From an uncultured Hyphomicrobiales bacterium (GTDB taxonomy: Bacteria > Pseudomonadota > Alphaproteobacteria > Rhizobiales > Xanthobacteraceae), in assembly GCA_964581435.1 (NCBI GenBank), contig CAZOOO010000001.1, forward strand, positions 3,972 through 67,971: a stretch of 64,000 bases of DNA. Reading direction: 5' to 3'. The position numbers were made by a program, and so were the translations under genes. This document shows, in pieces, positions 46,365 to 55,870 of this stretch. The first letter of the stretch is position 1. The number at the start of each line of letters is the position of its first letter. Below the pieces are notes generated by a model. The model made no database searches. It was given only the letters and a program-made list of their open reading frames with translations, and was not told the origin of the DNA.

Positions 46365-47782
46365 ACGTCAAACTCTCGAATGTCAGGGCTGAAAAGAGTC
46401 TGCTTGGATGCCTTCTCCGTGGTCCGACTGAGTATTGGCCTATCGCCAGTACGGTGACGGCCGAGATGTTCACGGTGCCACTGCATCAACAGATATTCAC
46501 GGCGATCGTCGAGGTCTGTGAAGCCGGGACTGCGGCGCGGAACGTCATTACACCCGTCAGTGCTAAGTTGGATGGCATCGAGGTCGAGGGTGACGATATC
46601 GAAGCCTTCCTCGAAGTCATGCGCGCCAATGCGGAAGATGCGGGGGCGGCTGTCGAATATTCGGGGCTGGTTGTCGAATGCTGGCAGGCTAGAGCGATGC
46701 TTGAACTGTCGAAGTGGCAGGAAAAGCAGATTCTGTCGGGTCTCAAGCCAATGAATGAAATCGCGGAGGAATATACGGGGAAGTACCAAGACATACTTGC
46801 CAAGGCGAGTCCCATCAGCGTTATGCATATTAGTGAGGCAATGGATGCCGTCTTGCAGGACGCGGCGAAGGCATACCAGAACCGAGAGGACGTGGTGGGG
46901 TACACGACTGGGTTGCCTAGCCTCGATAATATCATGGGGCCGATGATGGACACGGATCTGGTGTTCATTCTTGGTGCGCAGGGTGACAGTAAGACGAGTT
47001 TGGCAGCTCAGATCGGGATATTTAATGCCAAAGCGTCAACGCAAGCCGTGCGTCGAAACGTCATGTTCGTTCAGATGGAGATGACAGAAAAGCAAATGGC
47101 CGCTAGAGAAATGGCTCAGCGTGCCGGCGTTAATGTCGAATACATTACCACGGCCAAATTCGATGACGACATGCTGGAGTACAGTTCCTTGGTGGACATC
47201 CAGCGGGAATACAATTCATGCAATTTTTGGATCGTTGGCGGCGACAAGCGATCCGGGCAATTGACGCTGGGAAAAATCGAAGCAGAGGCGCGAAAGCGGA
47301 AGAGGCAGTTTGGCGGCTCGCTGCTCTTGATTATCGATCAACTCGATAAGATCGCGACGACATCGCGCTACGTAAACAAGGCTGATCCGCACGAGGAAGT
47401 AACCCGCGATCTCAAGCTAATGGCACGAAGGCTGGAAATACCAGTCATTTGCTTGGCGCAACGCAAGCGCGGTGCCCAAACTAGGGGCAACCCAACCCCC
47501 AGCATCAACGATGGAACCGCACGTTCAATTGAGCACAACGCCGACACTATCATCGCGGTCTACAGCCGCTTCTCATGGTTGATGCAGAACCCGCCCGAAG
47601 CGAATTCCAAAACCGCACAAGAGGATGCTGATAAGTGGGAAGCGGAAAAGGAAGCAAGTAAGGATACCCGCGAAATCATTTGTCTTAAGCGACGACGAGG
47701 CCGCCCTTTCCAGCAAGCAAAGTTCGCTTGGGTCGGGGAGCAAACGATGTTCGTGGACAACATGCAGCAGGTTCCATACTGA
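46355..47782 (+). CDS. dnaB: DnaB-like replicative helicase
   Basis: AEKSLLG, TGLPSLD, GAQGDSKT, MEM, IIDQL, LK.MAR.L..PVI.LAQ, SIEHNAD. Confidence 0.88.
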   Translation: MGLNVKLSNVRAEKSLLGCLLRGPTEYWPIASTVTAEMFTVPLHQQIFTAIVEVCEAGTAARNVITPVSAKLDGIEVEGDDIEAFLEVMRANAEDAGAAVEYSGLVVECWQARAMLELSKWQEKQILSGLKPMNEIAEEYTGKYQDILAKASPISVMHISEAMDAVLQDAAKAYQNREDVVGYTTGLPSLDNIMGPMMDTDLVFILGAQGDSKTSLAAQIGIFNAKASTQAVRRNVMFVQMEMTEKQMAAREMAQRAGVNVEYITTAKFDDDMLEYSSLVDIQREYNSCNFWIVGGDKRSGQLTLGKIEAEARKRKRQFGGSLLLIIDQLDKIATTSRYVNKADPHEEVTRDLKLMARRLEIPVICLAQRKRGAQTRGNPTPSINDGTARSIEHNADTIIAVYSRFSWLMQNPPEANSKTAQEDADKWEAEKEASKDTREIICLKRRRGRPFQQAKFAWVGEQTMFVDNMQQVPY

Positions 47783-47859
47783 AACTACTAAATGTTGTTG
47801 ACATTCGCAGCCGAATATCCACATGCAGCGTTCGGAGGGACAGATTCTCATGAGGTCAC

Positions 47860-48591
47860 ATGGCCCCGAAGCGTCGTAGCAAGCCGCGCAAGCCTAGCGT
47901 TAAAAAGAATCACTCCCGTCCTACAACCACAATCGCAGGCTTAAACGAGTACGAGATCGCTCGCATCCATCGAGAAGAGGATGCGGAGCGATTTGGCGCG
48001 ATCGGAATGGATCGTCGGGACGTCGTTTCTCCCGATGGTAAGCAGGCCCGAGTCTGGTCTTATCCGAACACGTTCGATTCCCTAAAACTTGAGCCTCATC
48101 AGAAAGCAGCTCATAGTCGGTTCTCGCTTGCTTATGATGCGGCAAACGCCACCGATGTTAAAGCGGCAGGTTTAGAGCCGGGAGTTGATGGCGGGATGGC
48201 GGATTTCCATGCTCGCCACCTCAAGCGCAATGAAGCACAAAAGCACATCGATGCCGTAAGGGCTCATTTCGGCCGTCGCAGGTGGGACATCTTCCTTGCC
48301 TTCTACCAAGGAATGTCTGCGCGACGCGCCCATGAGCTTAAAGGCCCAGAGCATCGGACAGTGGCGGAATTCGCACGATCGCTCTTGGATGATCTGAGCG
48401 AGTTCTATACAGGCAGCCGCAACAAAGATAGGATGTGGGCAGCCGCCGAGACTTACCTGGAAGAGATAAAGTTCAAGTCCGCTTGGATGAAGGATGCCGA
48501 ACGGCAAGCCGACACGGCTTCAATGTCCGCCTCTGGCATATCCGTGACGGAGTCTAAACGTCGCGCCAAACTTCGGGCGGAACGCTGGTAA
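47860..48591 (+). CDS. Putative late-gene regulator (Q position)
   Basis: Position after replication genes; VDGG followed by HTH-like helices. Confidence 0.45.
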   Translation: MAPKRRSKPRKPSVKKNHSRPTTTIAGLNEYEIARIHREEDAERFGAIGMDRRDVVSPDGKQARVWSYPNTFDSLKLEPHQKAAHSRFSLAYDAANATDVKAAGLEPGVDGGMADFHARHLKRNEAQKHIDAVRAHFGRRRWDIFLAFYQGMSARRAHELKGPEHRTVAEFARSLLDDLSEFYTGSRNKDRMWAAAETYLEEIKFKSAWMKDAERQADTASMSASGISVTESKRRAKLRAERW

Positions 48592-48779
48592 TGCGAACCA
48601 ACTTCCGCTCCCCTAACACCGCCGAGTCAGCCCGTGAGATTAAAGAGCGTATGTGGCGGTACGAGCAAAAAGCCATCATTGATATGAAGCATGATGTCAT
48701 GCCGTGGGAGCTTAGAGAATTGCTCCATGCGTGGTGTTGCAAGAATTACGGTCCCTTACACGTCCCGAGGGCGCGATGA
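48591..48779 (+). CDS. Hypothetical protein
   Basis: 62 aa, coupled. Confidence 0.5.
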   Translation: MRTNFRSPNTAESAREIKERMWRYEQKAIIDMKHDVMPWELRELLHAWCCKNYGPLHVPRAR

Positions 48780-48819
48780 ACCGTCGCGGCTACCAAAATT
48801 CTTTGGGCTCGCGCCGATT

Positions 48820-49098
48820 CTAAATTTTGAGCCATTCACCGCGTTCGGCTTCGCCTGTGATCTGTCGTTTCAAGACGACAAGCCGCTTCAACTCAATGTC
48901 AGTCGGCATCCGATTGGCTTTCACGCGATTGCAGCCTCGGCATGTAGCGACTTGGTTTCTGGCGCTTCGCAAGACGAATATTGAATGTTCTTTAGACGAC
49001 AGAGGAATTACATGCTCCCGCGTCGGGTCTAACATTTCTTCTTTGCAGAGAAAGCAAAGATTGTCCTGCTGCTCGATTAGGCTATTGAGACTCGCCAT
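48820..49098 (-). CDS. Small HNH endonuclease
   Basis: CFLC..TREHVIP...N....CRGCN..K. Confidence 0.8.
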   Translation of the reverse strand: MASLNSLIEQQDNLCFLCKEEMLDPTREHVIPLSSKEHSIFVLRSARNQVATCRGCNRVKANRMPTDIELKRLVVLKRQITGEAERGEWLKI

Positions 49099-49352
49099 AA
49101 TTCCGCTTCATGCCACGGGCGAACCTGGTCGTCTGAAAGGATAATATAGGTTGTCGCTGGGATAAGACATTCAGCAAAGCCCCATGCTGGATCGACTACA
49201 TTCATCAAGACGATCCCATCGCGCCCTTCTGAGAGCGCCTGATCTACGAGGTCATGGGCGCTCAACTTGGGAGCGGTGTAGGCGTCACCCATCAGTCGTT
49301 CCCAGTTATGTCCGGCGGCATCAAATGTTAGCGGATTTTTGATAGCTAACAC
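49077..49352 (-). pseudogene. 5'-truncated fragment resembling ART-PolyVal-type domain
   Basis: L.IKNPL..DA.G...G.DGIVL.NV.D...YI....QV; no credible start. Confidence 0.45.
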
Positions 49353-49532
49353 GAGCGCGCCCAGGAAGAGACGCGCAAGTTTGTCGCCGAGCAGCACAAG
49401 CTAATGGCGGAGCAAGCCAAGATCCTGCGCGATACCGCGCTTGCCCCATGGCAGGTTGGGTTCGCTGGCCTTACCTCTGGAGCGGCGCTATTCGCCGCGG
49501 GGGCGGCATTTATGAAGTTGATTGGGGCGTGA
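49350..49532 (+). pseudogene. 5'-truncated small coiled-coil + TM protein
   Basis: RAQEETRKFVAEQHKLMAE...GAALFAAGAAFMKLIGA directly after an in-frame TAA. Confidence 0.45.
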
Positions 49533-49750
49533 CGCCTACTCGCTTTCGTGAAAGCTTAGCCGCCCTGCATTGGTCGCAGCGCGGCTTAGCCGCTGTCCTG
49601 CAATGCGATGACCGTATTATTCGAAGGTGGTCATCTGGCGAGGCGGAAATACCAGCCAGTGTTGCGGCGTGGCTTGAAACGCTGGCACGGTGCCATGAGT
49701 CCGTGCCGCCCCCTCAAGGATGGAAGCGCCGAGCCCATACCGAGCGATGA
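49529..49750 (+). CDS. Small XRE-type HTH protein
   Basis: MTP..F...L..L.WSQRGLA..L....R.IRRW..G...IP. Confidence 0.75.
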   Translation: MTPTRFRESLAALHWSQRGLAAVLQCDDRIIRRWSSGEAEIPASVAAWLETLARCHESVPPPQGWKRRAHTER

Positions 49751-49902
49751 GGGTGATTCGTAGGTTTACGCGCGGTCATGCTCTAAATTGCGCCATGCAA
49801 GGCTGCTCTTATCATGGCGGCTTATTCGGCTAATACATGAGTCGATAGAGTCACTTAGTCATGAGTGGCCATGCTTGGCGATATATCTTAGAATCCGCCT
49901 GC

Positions 49903-49998
49903 TTGACAGCGGACTCACGCAAGCATACTAAATCCATAGCGACGTAATGCGCCTTGAATAACCCGCCAGCCAAATCGGATCGGCGGGTTTCGTGTTTC
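49903..49998 (+). promoter_or_regulatory. Candidate late promoter followed by terminator-like hairpin
   Basis: TTGACA 49903-49908 with weak -10; AACCCGCC/GGCGGGTT (49960-49989) then T-rich. Confidence 0.45.
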
Positions 49999-50098
49999 TA
50001 GGATACGACGCGGCACCCACAAAGCGCCGCGCTACTGCGATTAAGATCGCCCCAAGCCAAGCCAAGCCGACAAGGCTTAGGCGTACCCCTGATAGCCA

Positions 50099-51025
50099 AT
50101 GCTTCAATTTGGATTGCCAGCTAAGGCGCTGGCGACGTCGCACGGCTTTGTGTGTGAAACCATATGCGCCGAATGCGGCGTTCCGTTCAAAGCCAAGGCT
50201 TATGGTCGCAAGTGCTGTAGTCGAGACTGCGGCGCTATCCATGGCAAGCGCCAGTCGGACAAGGTTAGAGCCGCAAACGCCAAGGCTAGGCGGTCTCGGC
50301 AATGCCAGCATTGCGGCGCTTCCTTCATTATGCGCAATCCAAGCGGGGCTGCGAGAAAAGGCAAGGCGTTGGAAGGAAAGTATTGTTCGCTCAAATGCTC
50401 GGCGGACTCTAAGCGTAAGTATGCCTCGAAGGCCGATGCAAAGCGAGCCGAATACGTTAGGGCCAAGGCAAGACGCAAAGCAACGATAGCGCCGCGATCC
50501 TGTGACGTTTGCCGCGCCTCAATAGATCATAAGCCGCTCGGCGCTAAATACTGTTCCGCCAAGTGCAGCGGATAAGCGTCTGATACTAAGCAAACCCCGA
50601 AACGAGTGAACCGGACGCATTGCTGCAAAGAGTGCGGAAACGAATTCACGCCAGCCTATGGCGGTAAGCGCCGCGTCTATTGCTCGGAGCGGTGCGCCAA
50701 GCGGGAACGGAAACGCGAATACGGAACGAACCATAGGAAGCGAGCGCGCCACTATGGCGTTGCCTATGAATCTATCAACGTTCCCGCTCTATTCGATCGC
50801 GATGCATGGCGTTGCCAAGTATGCGGCATCAAGACGCCTAAACGATTGCGCGGCTCAACTAAGCCTAATGCGCCTGAATTAGATCACAGGATACCTATGG
50901 CGCTTGGTGGCGGCCATACATGGAGCAACGTTCAATTGGCTTGTCGTTCATGCAATCTAGCCAAAGGCGCCGTTGCTATCGTCGGCCAGTTGCCGCTATT
51001 CGATAATCCTAGGCGATATCAATAG
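50099..51025 (+). pseudogene. Multi-zinc-finger HNH endonuclease with one in-frame TAA (50573-50575)
   Basis: 50099-50575 and 50606-51025 share a frame; CxxC..CS..C repeats; ELDHRIP...GG.H.WSNVQLAC..CN. Confidence 0.75.
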
Positions 51026-51029
51026 GTTG

Positions 51030-51130
51030 GTAATGGGGGTGCAGATCTTCCCCACTCTGGGGCCGATTTACCGCACGGGGGGCCAAATTTTTGCGGGGAC
51101 GTGTTTTTCACTTTGGAAATTTTCGGTGGT
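51030..51130. other. Candidate cos/packaging-initiation region
   Basis: Non-coding G-run/T-run block (GGGGGTG...ACCGCACGGGGGG..AAATTTTTG) between two HNH genes in an HK97-type phage. Confidence 0.4.
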
Positions 51131-51136
51131 TGACTA

Positions 51137-51475
51137 ATGGCGTCGAAACCGCCGAGTTCCAAGACTGCGGGCTGGAAGCCGCGGGAGACTAGAGAGCGCG
51201 AGCGGAAGCGCATTCTAGATTTGAAGCGAGGTAGTCCCGCTGAGCGTGGTTACGATGCCGCATGGCGTCGAGTTCGGTCGGCTTTTTTGACGAAATTCAG
51301 GATTTGCTGCTCTCCGGGGTGTGGACGGGATGCTGTTGAGGTCGATCACATCAAATCGGTGCGTGAACGTCCTGATCTTCGGTTGTCTTGGTCTAATTTG
51401 AGGCCGTTCTGTAAATTTCATCATAGTCAGCGGACGGCGAGAGATCAGGGGTTCGGGAGAAGGCCGCATGGGTGA
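51137..51475 (+). CDS. Terminase-associated HNH endonuclease (HK97 gp74-like)
   Basis: RGY...W.R.R..FL, VDHI, L...WSNL...C..HHS..T. Confidence 0.88.
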   Translation: MASKPPSSKTAGWKPRETRERERKRILDLKRGSPAERGYDAAWRRVRSAFLTKFRICCSPGCGRDAVEVDHIKSVRERPDLRLSWSNLRPFCKFHHSQRTARDQGFGRRPHG

Positions 51476-51725
51476 TGGAAAGCGCCATATCGGACGTGTC
51501 CGCAAGGATGGACTGAGGCTTGTGGCGACATCGGAGTCGTTTCAGGATTCTCGCGAGCCTGATTTTAGGGTTGGTGATCTGGTTCGACTGAATAGTGGCG
51601 GTCCAATTATGCTGGTGGTTGATGTCGAGGGACGGCAGATAACCACTTCATGGAAGTCTGTGGATGGGATTGAGGAATGGACGCTGCCGCGTCCATGCTT
51701 TCATCGGACGCGGGATGCGTGGTGA
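51468..51725 (+). CDS. YodC/DUF2158-like small protein
   Basis: FRVGDLVRLNSGGP.M.V...W. Confidence 0.75.
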   Translation: MGDGKRHIGRVRKDGLRLVATSESFQDSREPDFRVGDLVRLNSGGPIMLVVDVEGRQITTSWKSVDGIEEWTLPRPCFHRTRDAW

Positions 51726-51976
51726 TGTTGCTTCTCATTGATCCGAAGCGCGGTATCCGCCGGCATCATCGGGAGCGGCTGAAGACGAAGCGAAGATCAT
51801 ATTGGGGATTCCCGCGTCAATACCCGTCCACTGGGCCGGAAGGAATGACTCCGCGGCAGCTCGGGATTGTCTCCCGTACTACGCATCCTTGCTCTTGTTT
51901 CGGGTGCTGTAACCCGAGGCGGAACGGGGAAAAGACGATGCAGGAGCGTCGGGTTTCTTGTGAGGTTGATGAGTGA
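51725..51976 (+). CDS. Small basic Cys-motif protein
   Basis: R..RRHH..R.K, PCSC..C.NPRR. Confidence 0.6.
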   Translation: MLLLIDPKRGIRRHHRERLKTKRRSYWGFPRQYPSTGPEGMTPRQLGIVSRTTHPCSCFGCCNPRRNGEKTMQERRVSCEVDE

Positions 51977-52200
51977 TGATGCAGGACTTTGGTGAAGGCG
52001 ACGGTGGCATCTCTGGTCCTCGGGTGGTCCAGTTGGAGCCAAAGAATGAGATGAAGGGTGCTATTGAGGGAATGAGTCGGATTCTTCCTCAGTTGGTTGA
52101 GCACGCTAAGATGCAAGCCAAGATCCGGCGCGCTTCTTATCTGGCACTTGTAGAGGCTGGGTTTACTGAGGTTCAGGCTCTGGAGTTGTGCTGGAAGTAG
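51973..52200 (+). CDS. Hypothetical phage protein
   Basis: Y.ALV.AGFT..QALEL. Confidence 0.7.
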   Translation: MMMQDFGEGDGGISGPRVVQLEPKNEMKGAIEGMSRILPQLVEHAKMQAKIRRASYLALVEAGFTEVQALELCWK

Positions 52201-52364
52201 CCACAATCCTCATCTTAGATTGCATGAACAAGGCGGTGGCATCTGGCAAATCCGTCGAGAAGGTTGGGGATCGTACCTGCCTGTTCCTTGTATAGGGGAG
52301 TCCCCTCTAGTCTGATCCTGAGTAGTCAGGGGTAGGTCTGGCACAGTGGACTCCCCTAACCAAC

Positions 52365-52442
52365 CTGGATGTGGCGTAGTCCGGCCAACGCGCATGATTT
52401 GGGATCAGGAGATCGCTGGTTCGAGTCCAGCCATTCAGACCA
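52365..52442 (+). tRNA. tRNA-Pro(UGG)
   Basis: CTGGATG/CATTCAG acceptor, loop TT-TGG-GA, GGTTCGAGTCC, encoded CCA. Confidence 0.9.
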
Positions 52443-52447
52443 TATTG

Positions 52448-52522
52448 GCCCGTGTAGCTCAGTGGTAGAGCGTCCGTTTTGTAATCGGAATGTCCAAGGT
52501 TCAAATCATCGCTAGGGCACCA
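52448..52522 (+). tRNA. tRNA-Thr(UGU), degenerate/possible pseudo-tRNA
   Basis: Intact D arm AGCTCAGTGGTAGAGC, TGT anticodon, CCA; mismatches in acceptor, anticodon and T stems. Confidence 0.7.
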
Positions 52523-52527
52523 ATTAA

Positions 52528-52603
52528 CGCGGAGTGGCCAAGCAGTTAAGGCTCTCGGCTCATAACCGAGTGATCGTCGGTGCAAATCCGACCTCCGCAA
52601 CCA
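52528..52603 (+). tRNA. tRNA-Met(CAU), initiator-like
   Basis: C1:A72 mismatch, CTCGG-CTCATAA-CCGAG, T loop TGCAAAT, CCA. Confidence 0.85.
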
Positions 52604-52918
52604 ATTCTCGCGGCGGCTCCTTTAATCCGCTTGAGCCATGCGCCGATGTCAGCGGCGTCCGGTACGACCCTGTCAACTGAGCGGTCAAACGGGCAACGTC
52701 ATAATCTGGACCGTGAGAATCTTAAATAAGTCCCCGAACGGGATCGACGCAGAAGCCGGACATCTCGTTATCCGGTTGTATCGACCGCATCTTCAGTCCT
52801 GAATTTACAGGACGATCCTTGAGGCTAGAGGGCGTGGGGACATCCATTCTTGCTGTGGGCGCGTGAGCACGTGTTACCCCGGCTAGCATGACATCGAGCC
52901 AAACGGAGTTTCTAGGAT
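52604..52918 (+). ncRNA. Tandem structured RNA domains following the tRNAs
   Basis: ATTCTCGCGG/CCGTGAGAAT (52604-52720), GTCCCC/GGGGAC (52730-52841), third weaker domain. Confidence 0.55.
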
Positions 52919-53248
52919 ATGTTTTAGATCGGGCAGCGCGTTGTTTGCGTTAAACCTGCCGAGGAGGTGTGGTTTTCTGACATTCCGGCCGATCTATGCC
53001 CGAAGTATGTTCCAGAAACTGGTGGCATCTACACGATCCGCGAGATTGTTATGGGAAGCGCCGAACCGGGCGGGCCGCATTGGACAGCCGCGCCCGGATA
53101 TATCGGCTTGATATTCGACGAGATCGTCAACGAGAAGCGGTTAACGACGAATGGTCCCGATCAAGAGCAGGCATTTTGGGAGGGTAACTTCCTGCCATTG
53201 CTTGAGCACGATAAACCAGTTTCTGCGCTCGTTGAAGTAGAAGCTTAA
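52919..53248 (+). pseudogene. Phage protein with amber stop at codon 3
   Basis: ATG TTT TAG ATC GGG CAG CGC GTT GTT TGC in frame with ORF 52967-53248. Confidence 0.6.
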
Positions 53249-53269
53249 CTCGGCTCGCCCCGCACAGAC

Positions 53270-53295
53270 ACCCCGCTTCGGCGGGGTTTTTCTTT
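53270..53295 (+). terminator. Intrinsic terminator
   Basis: ACCCCGC-TTCG-GCGGGGT followed by T tract. Confidence 0.9.
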
Positions 53296-53689
53296 GAGAC
53301 CATCATGCCGACAATCAAATCCAAATCCGTTGCCGACGACTCGGTGATTGAGTGGCGCGTCCCGTCACGTCGTGAAACCTTGCTTCACTCAACATCTACG
53401 TGGGGAAGGCAATACGACCGTATTGAGCGGAAGGTTGTTGAAGGCGGGTTGCCTATCGTCATCGAAAGGATGGCGTCATGAACGAAACCGACATCGTGGA
53501 CATCGCAGCGGCGCGGAAAGCAAGGGCGGCTGCTGGCAATGTTGTGGTTGATCATCGAGGCAAGGCCACGGTTCGATCCTTCGACAGCCTCGGCGCATTG
53601 CTCAATAGGCCGTAAGACCATGCGTCGTCTGAGTATGTCGCACCAGAGCAGGACCCGGCGTAACGCCGCTTCTAACAACAGAGAAACCT

Positions 53690-54118
53690 ATGCGTAGAGG
53701 TCCGAAAGGCTCGTCTCCTGAACAGCAAGAAGCGCGCGGTGAAACTCGTCCGTCACGCGCCGTTGTGCATCTCTACCCTGATATCGCCAGCCGTCCTGAT
53801 CCAGACGTAATCCCGGCCCCTCGCGGCATGACTTATGCGGGCAAGAAGATTTGGGACGAAAAAGTCGCGCGCTACAAGCAGCGTGGTCAAAAGGTGCAAG
53901 GATTTGAGGACGCTCTTCGTCAGTATTGCGAGTTAGAAGCGATGCTGAACAAGGCGTTTAAGGACAAAGCCGTCAATATGGCTATGGTGACCGCTCACCG
54001 AGGCTGGGCGAACGAGTTTTTCGACACTCCTGCGAGTCAGAAAATCCCGGTCTACGGGAAGCAGAAGGACTCCAACCCGTTCACGAATAATGGCAGAAAA
54101 CCAGCCGGAAGCGGTTAG
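53690..54118 (+). CDS. terS: Terminase small subunit
   Basis: RGPK start, AP......K.W, L..YC, TPAS; precedes terL. Confidence 0.8.
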   Translation: MRRGPKGSSPEQQEARGETRPSRAVVHLYPDIASRPDPDVIPAPRGMTYAGKKIWDEKVARYKQRGQKVQGFEDALRQYCELEAMLNKAFKDKAVNMAMVTAHRGWANEFFDTPASQKIPVYGKQKDSNPFTNNGRKPAGSG

Positions 54119-55856
54119 TCACGCTCGCGACTATGTCGCAATCGCTAAAAAATACGCCAAGGATGTCGTTTCTGGCCGGATCGTCGCATGTAAGTGGGTG
54201 AGATTGGCGTGTCAGCGTCATCTCAATGATCTAAAGAAGAAGCGATGGCCTTATCATTTCGATGAATGGCACGGAAACGACGTCTGCGACTTCATAGAGA
54301 AGTTGCCTCACGTTGAGGGCGAGTGGAAAACGCCGACCATCTTCCTTGAGCCGCCGCAGGTGTTCATCCTTGTCGTCATCTTCGGGTGGCGCCGGGAGGA
54401 TGGTGGCAGACGGTTCAGCACCGTTTTCATTGAGGTGGCACGCAAGGCTGGGAAATCGAGTTTAACCGCTGGAGTGGCACTTTACTGCCTATGCTGCGAG
54501 AATGAACCAGGTCCGCAGATCATTATCGGAGCGACGACCGGCGAGCAGGCGAAGAAGGTCTTCGATCCTGCACGTAAAATGGTTGCGGCAACACCGACAC
54601 TTCGCTCCGCATTCGAATTGGAGGCGTTGTCGCGATCGATCCCGTGCGGGATGAACGGTGGTTATATCCAAACCATCAATGCGAAGGGGCAAACGCAAGA
54701 CGGCTGGAATCCTCATGTCGGAATTCTCGACGAGCTGCACGCTCATCGCAGCCGGTCATTATTTGATGTTATCAAGTCAGCGTTCGGAGCGCGGAAGAAT
54801 CCGCTGCTCTGGATCATCACGACGGCTGGGTTCGATACAAACGGAGTCTGCTACGAGCAGCGAACTACAGCCACCAAGATGCTGGAAGGGTTGATTCCGC
54901 TCGATCACTTGTTCGCAATCATCTACACGTTGGATGAGAATGATGATCCTTATGATGAGGCGGTCTGGCCAAAGGCAAACCCGATGCTCGGCATCACGCC
55001 GACTATCGCAAAGATGCGTAGTGACGCGGCGGACGCCAAGGCTTCTCCGAGCGAAGAGGGAAACTTCAAGACAAAAAACCTGAATCTGTGGATGAACGCG
55101 GCCAGTGCGTGGCTGAACGTAACCCAGTGGAAGGCTTGCGGCGATCCGACGCTTGATTGGGATGATTTTAAGGGGCTGGATTGTTGGATCGGCGGCGATT
55201 TAGCCGACAAAAACGATATCACAGCGCTTGTTCTGGCTGCTTTCGATAAGACCGGGCGCTTGATATTCAAGCCGCGGTTCTGGTTGCCGGAGGCGGTGCT
55301 TAAAAGTCCAACACACGCTCAGGGTCGCGGTCCTGCGCCGTATCGGACGTGGAGTACAGGTGAAAACGCGCCGTTGACGCTCACACCTGGCGATTGGGTC
55401 GATCACAACGAGGTCGAGAAGGTCGTCCGTAACTGGGAAAGTCGCTTCATCATTAAGAGGGCAACCTTCGACCAGTTTGCCGCAGCTCAGGCGATGGCGA
55501 GTCGTCTGAATGAAGACTTCGGATCGGAAGAAAAGCCATTCGCTGAAATCCTGCACAAGCAGGCGGCGAAAGTCACCGATGCGGCTAAAGAATTAGAGGC
55601 TAGAGTCAAGGTCGGGCCTGCGATGCTTCGACATGACTCGAATCCGGTTATGGATTGGATGGCTGGTAACTGTGTCGTCGCGCGTCGCAGGGACGAAACG
55701 TTGCTCCCTATTAAAGAGTCGCAGATGTCGCCCAACAAGATTGACGGCATTGATGCTCTGATAAACGCGATTCATCCATCTCTACTTGTGCCCGAGAAGT
55801 CGGATCCAGAATCATATCTGACTCAGCCCGGCGCTGAATTGATGGTTCTGGACTAG
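54090..55856 (+). CDS. terL: Terminase large subunit
   Basis: VARKAGKS, ILDELH, ITTAG, GGDLA...D, KIDGIDA. Confidence 0.96.
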   Translation: MAENQPEAVSHARDYVAIAKKYAKDVVSGRIVACKWVRLACQRHLNDLKKKRWPYHFDEWHGNDVCDFIEKLPHVEGEWKTPTIFLEPPQVFILVVIFGWRREDGGRRFSTVFIEVARKAGKSSLTAGVALYCLCCENEPGPQIIIGATTGEQAKKVFDPARKMVAATPTLRSAFELEALSRSIPCGMNGGYIQTINAKGQTQDGWNPHVGILDELHAHRSRSLFDVIKSAFGARKNPLLWIITTAGFDTNGVCYEQRTTATKMLEGLIPLDHLFAIIYTLDENDDPYDEAVWPKANPMLGITPTIAKMRSDAADAKASPSEEGNFKTKNLNLWMNAASAWLNVTQWKACGDPTLDWDDFKGLDCWIGGDLADKNDITALVLAAFDKTGRLIFKPRFWLPEAVLKSPTHAQGRGPAPYRTWSTGENAPLTLTPGDWVDHNEVEKVVRNWESRFIIKRATFDQFAAAQAMASRLNEDFGSEEKPFAEILHKQAAKVTDAAKELEARVKVGPAMLRHDSNPVMDWMAGNCVVARRRDETLLPIKESQMSPNKIDGIDALINAIHPSLLVPEKSDPESYLTQPGAELMVLD

Positions 55857-55870
55857 CGGCGGAGTGCTTC

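Noticed and set aside
49992-50489. 165-aa alternative-frame ORF as a second dual-coding case
   Set aside because: No motif; the zinc-finger frame explains the sequence.
50573-52927. Stop-codon reassignment explaining the in-frame TAA and TAG
   Set aside because: Two different stops are involved, TAG and TAA end intact genes normally (dnaN, terL, capsid), and there is no suppressor tRNA.
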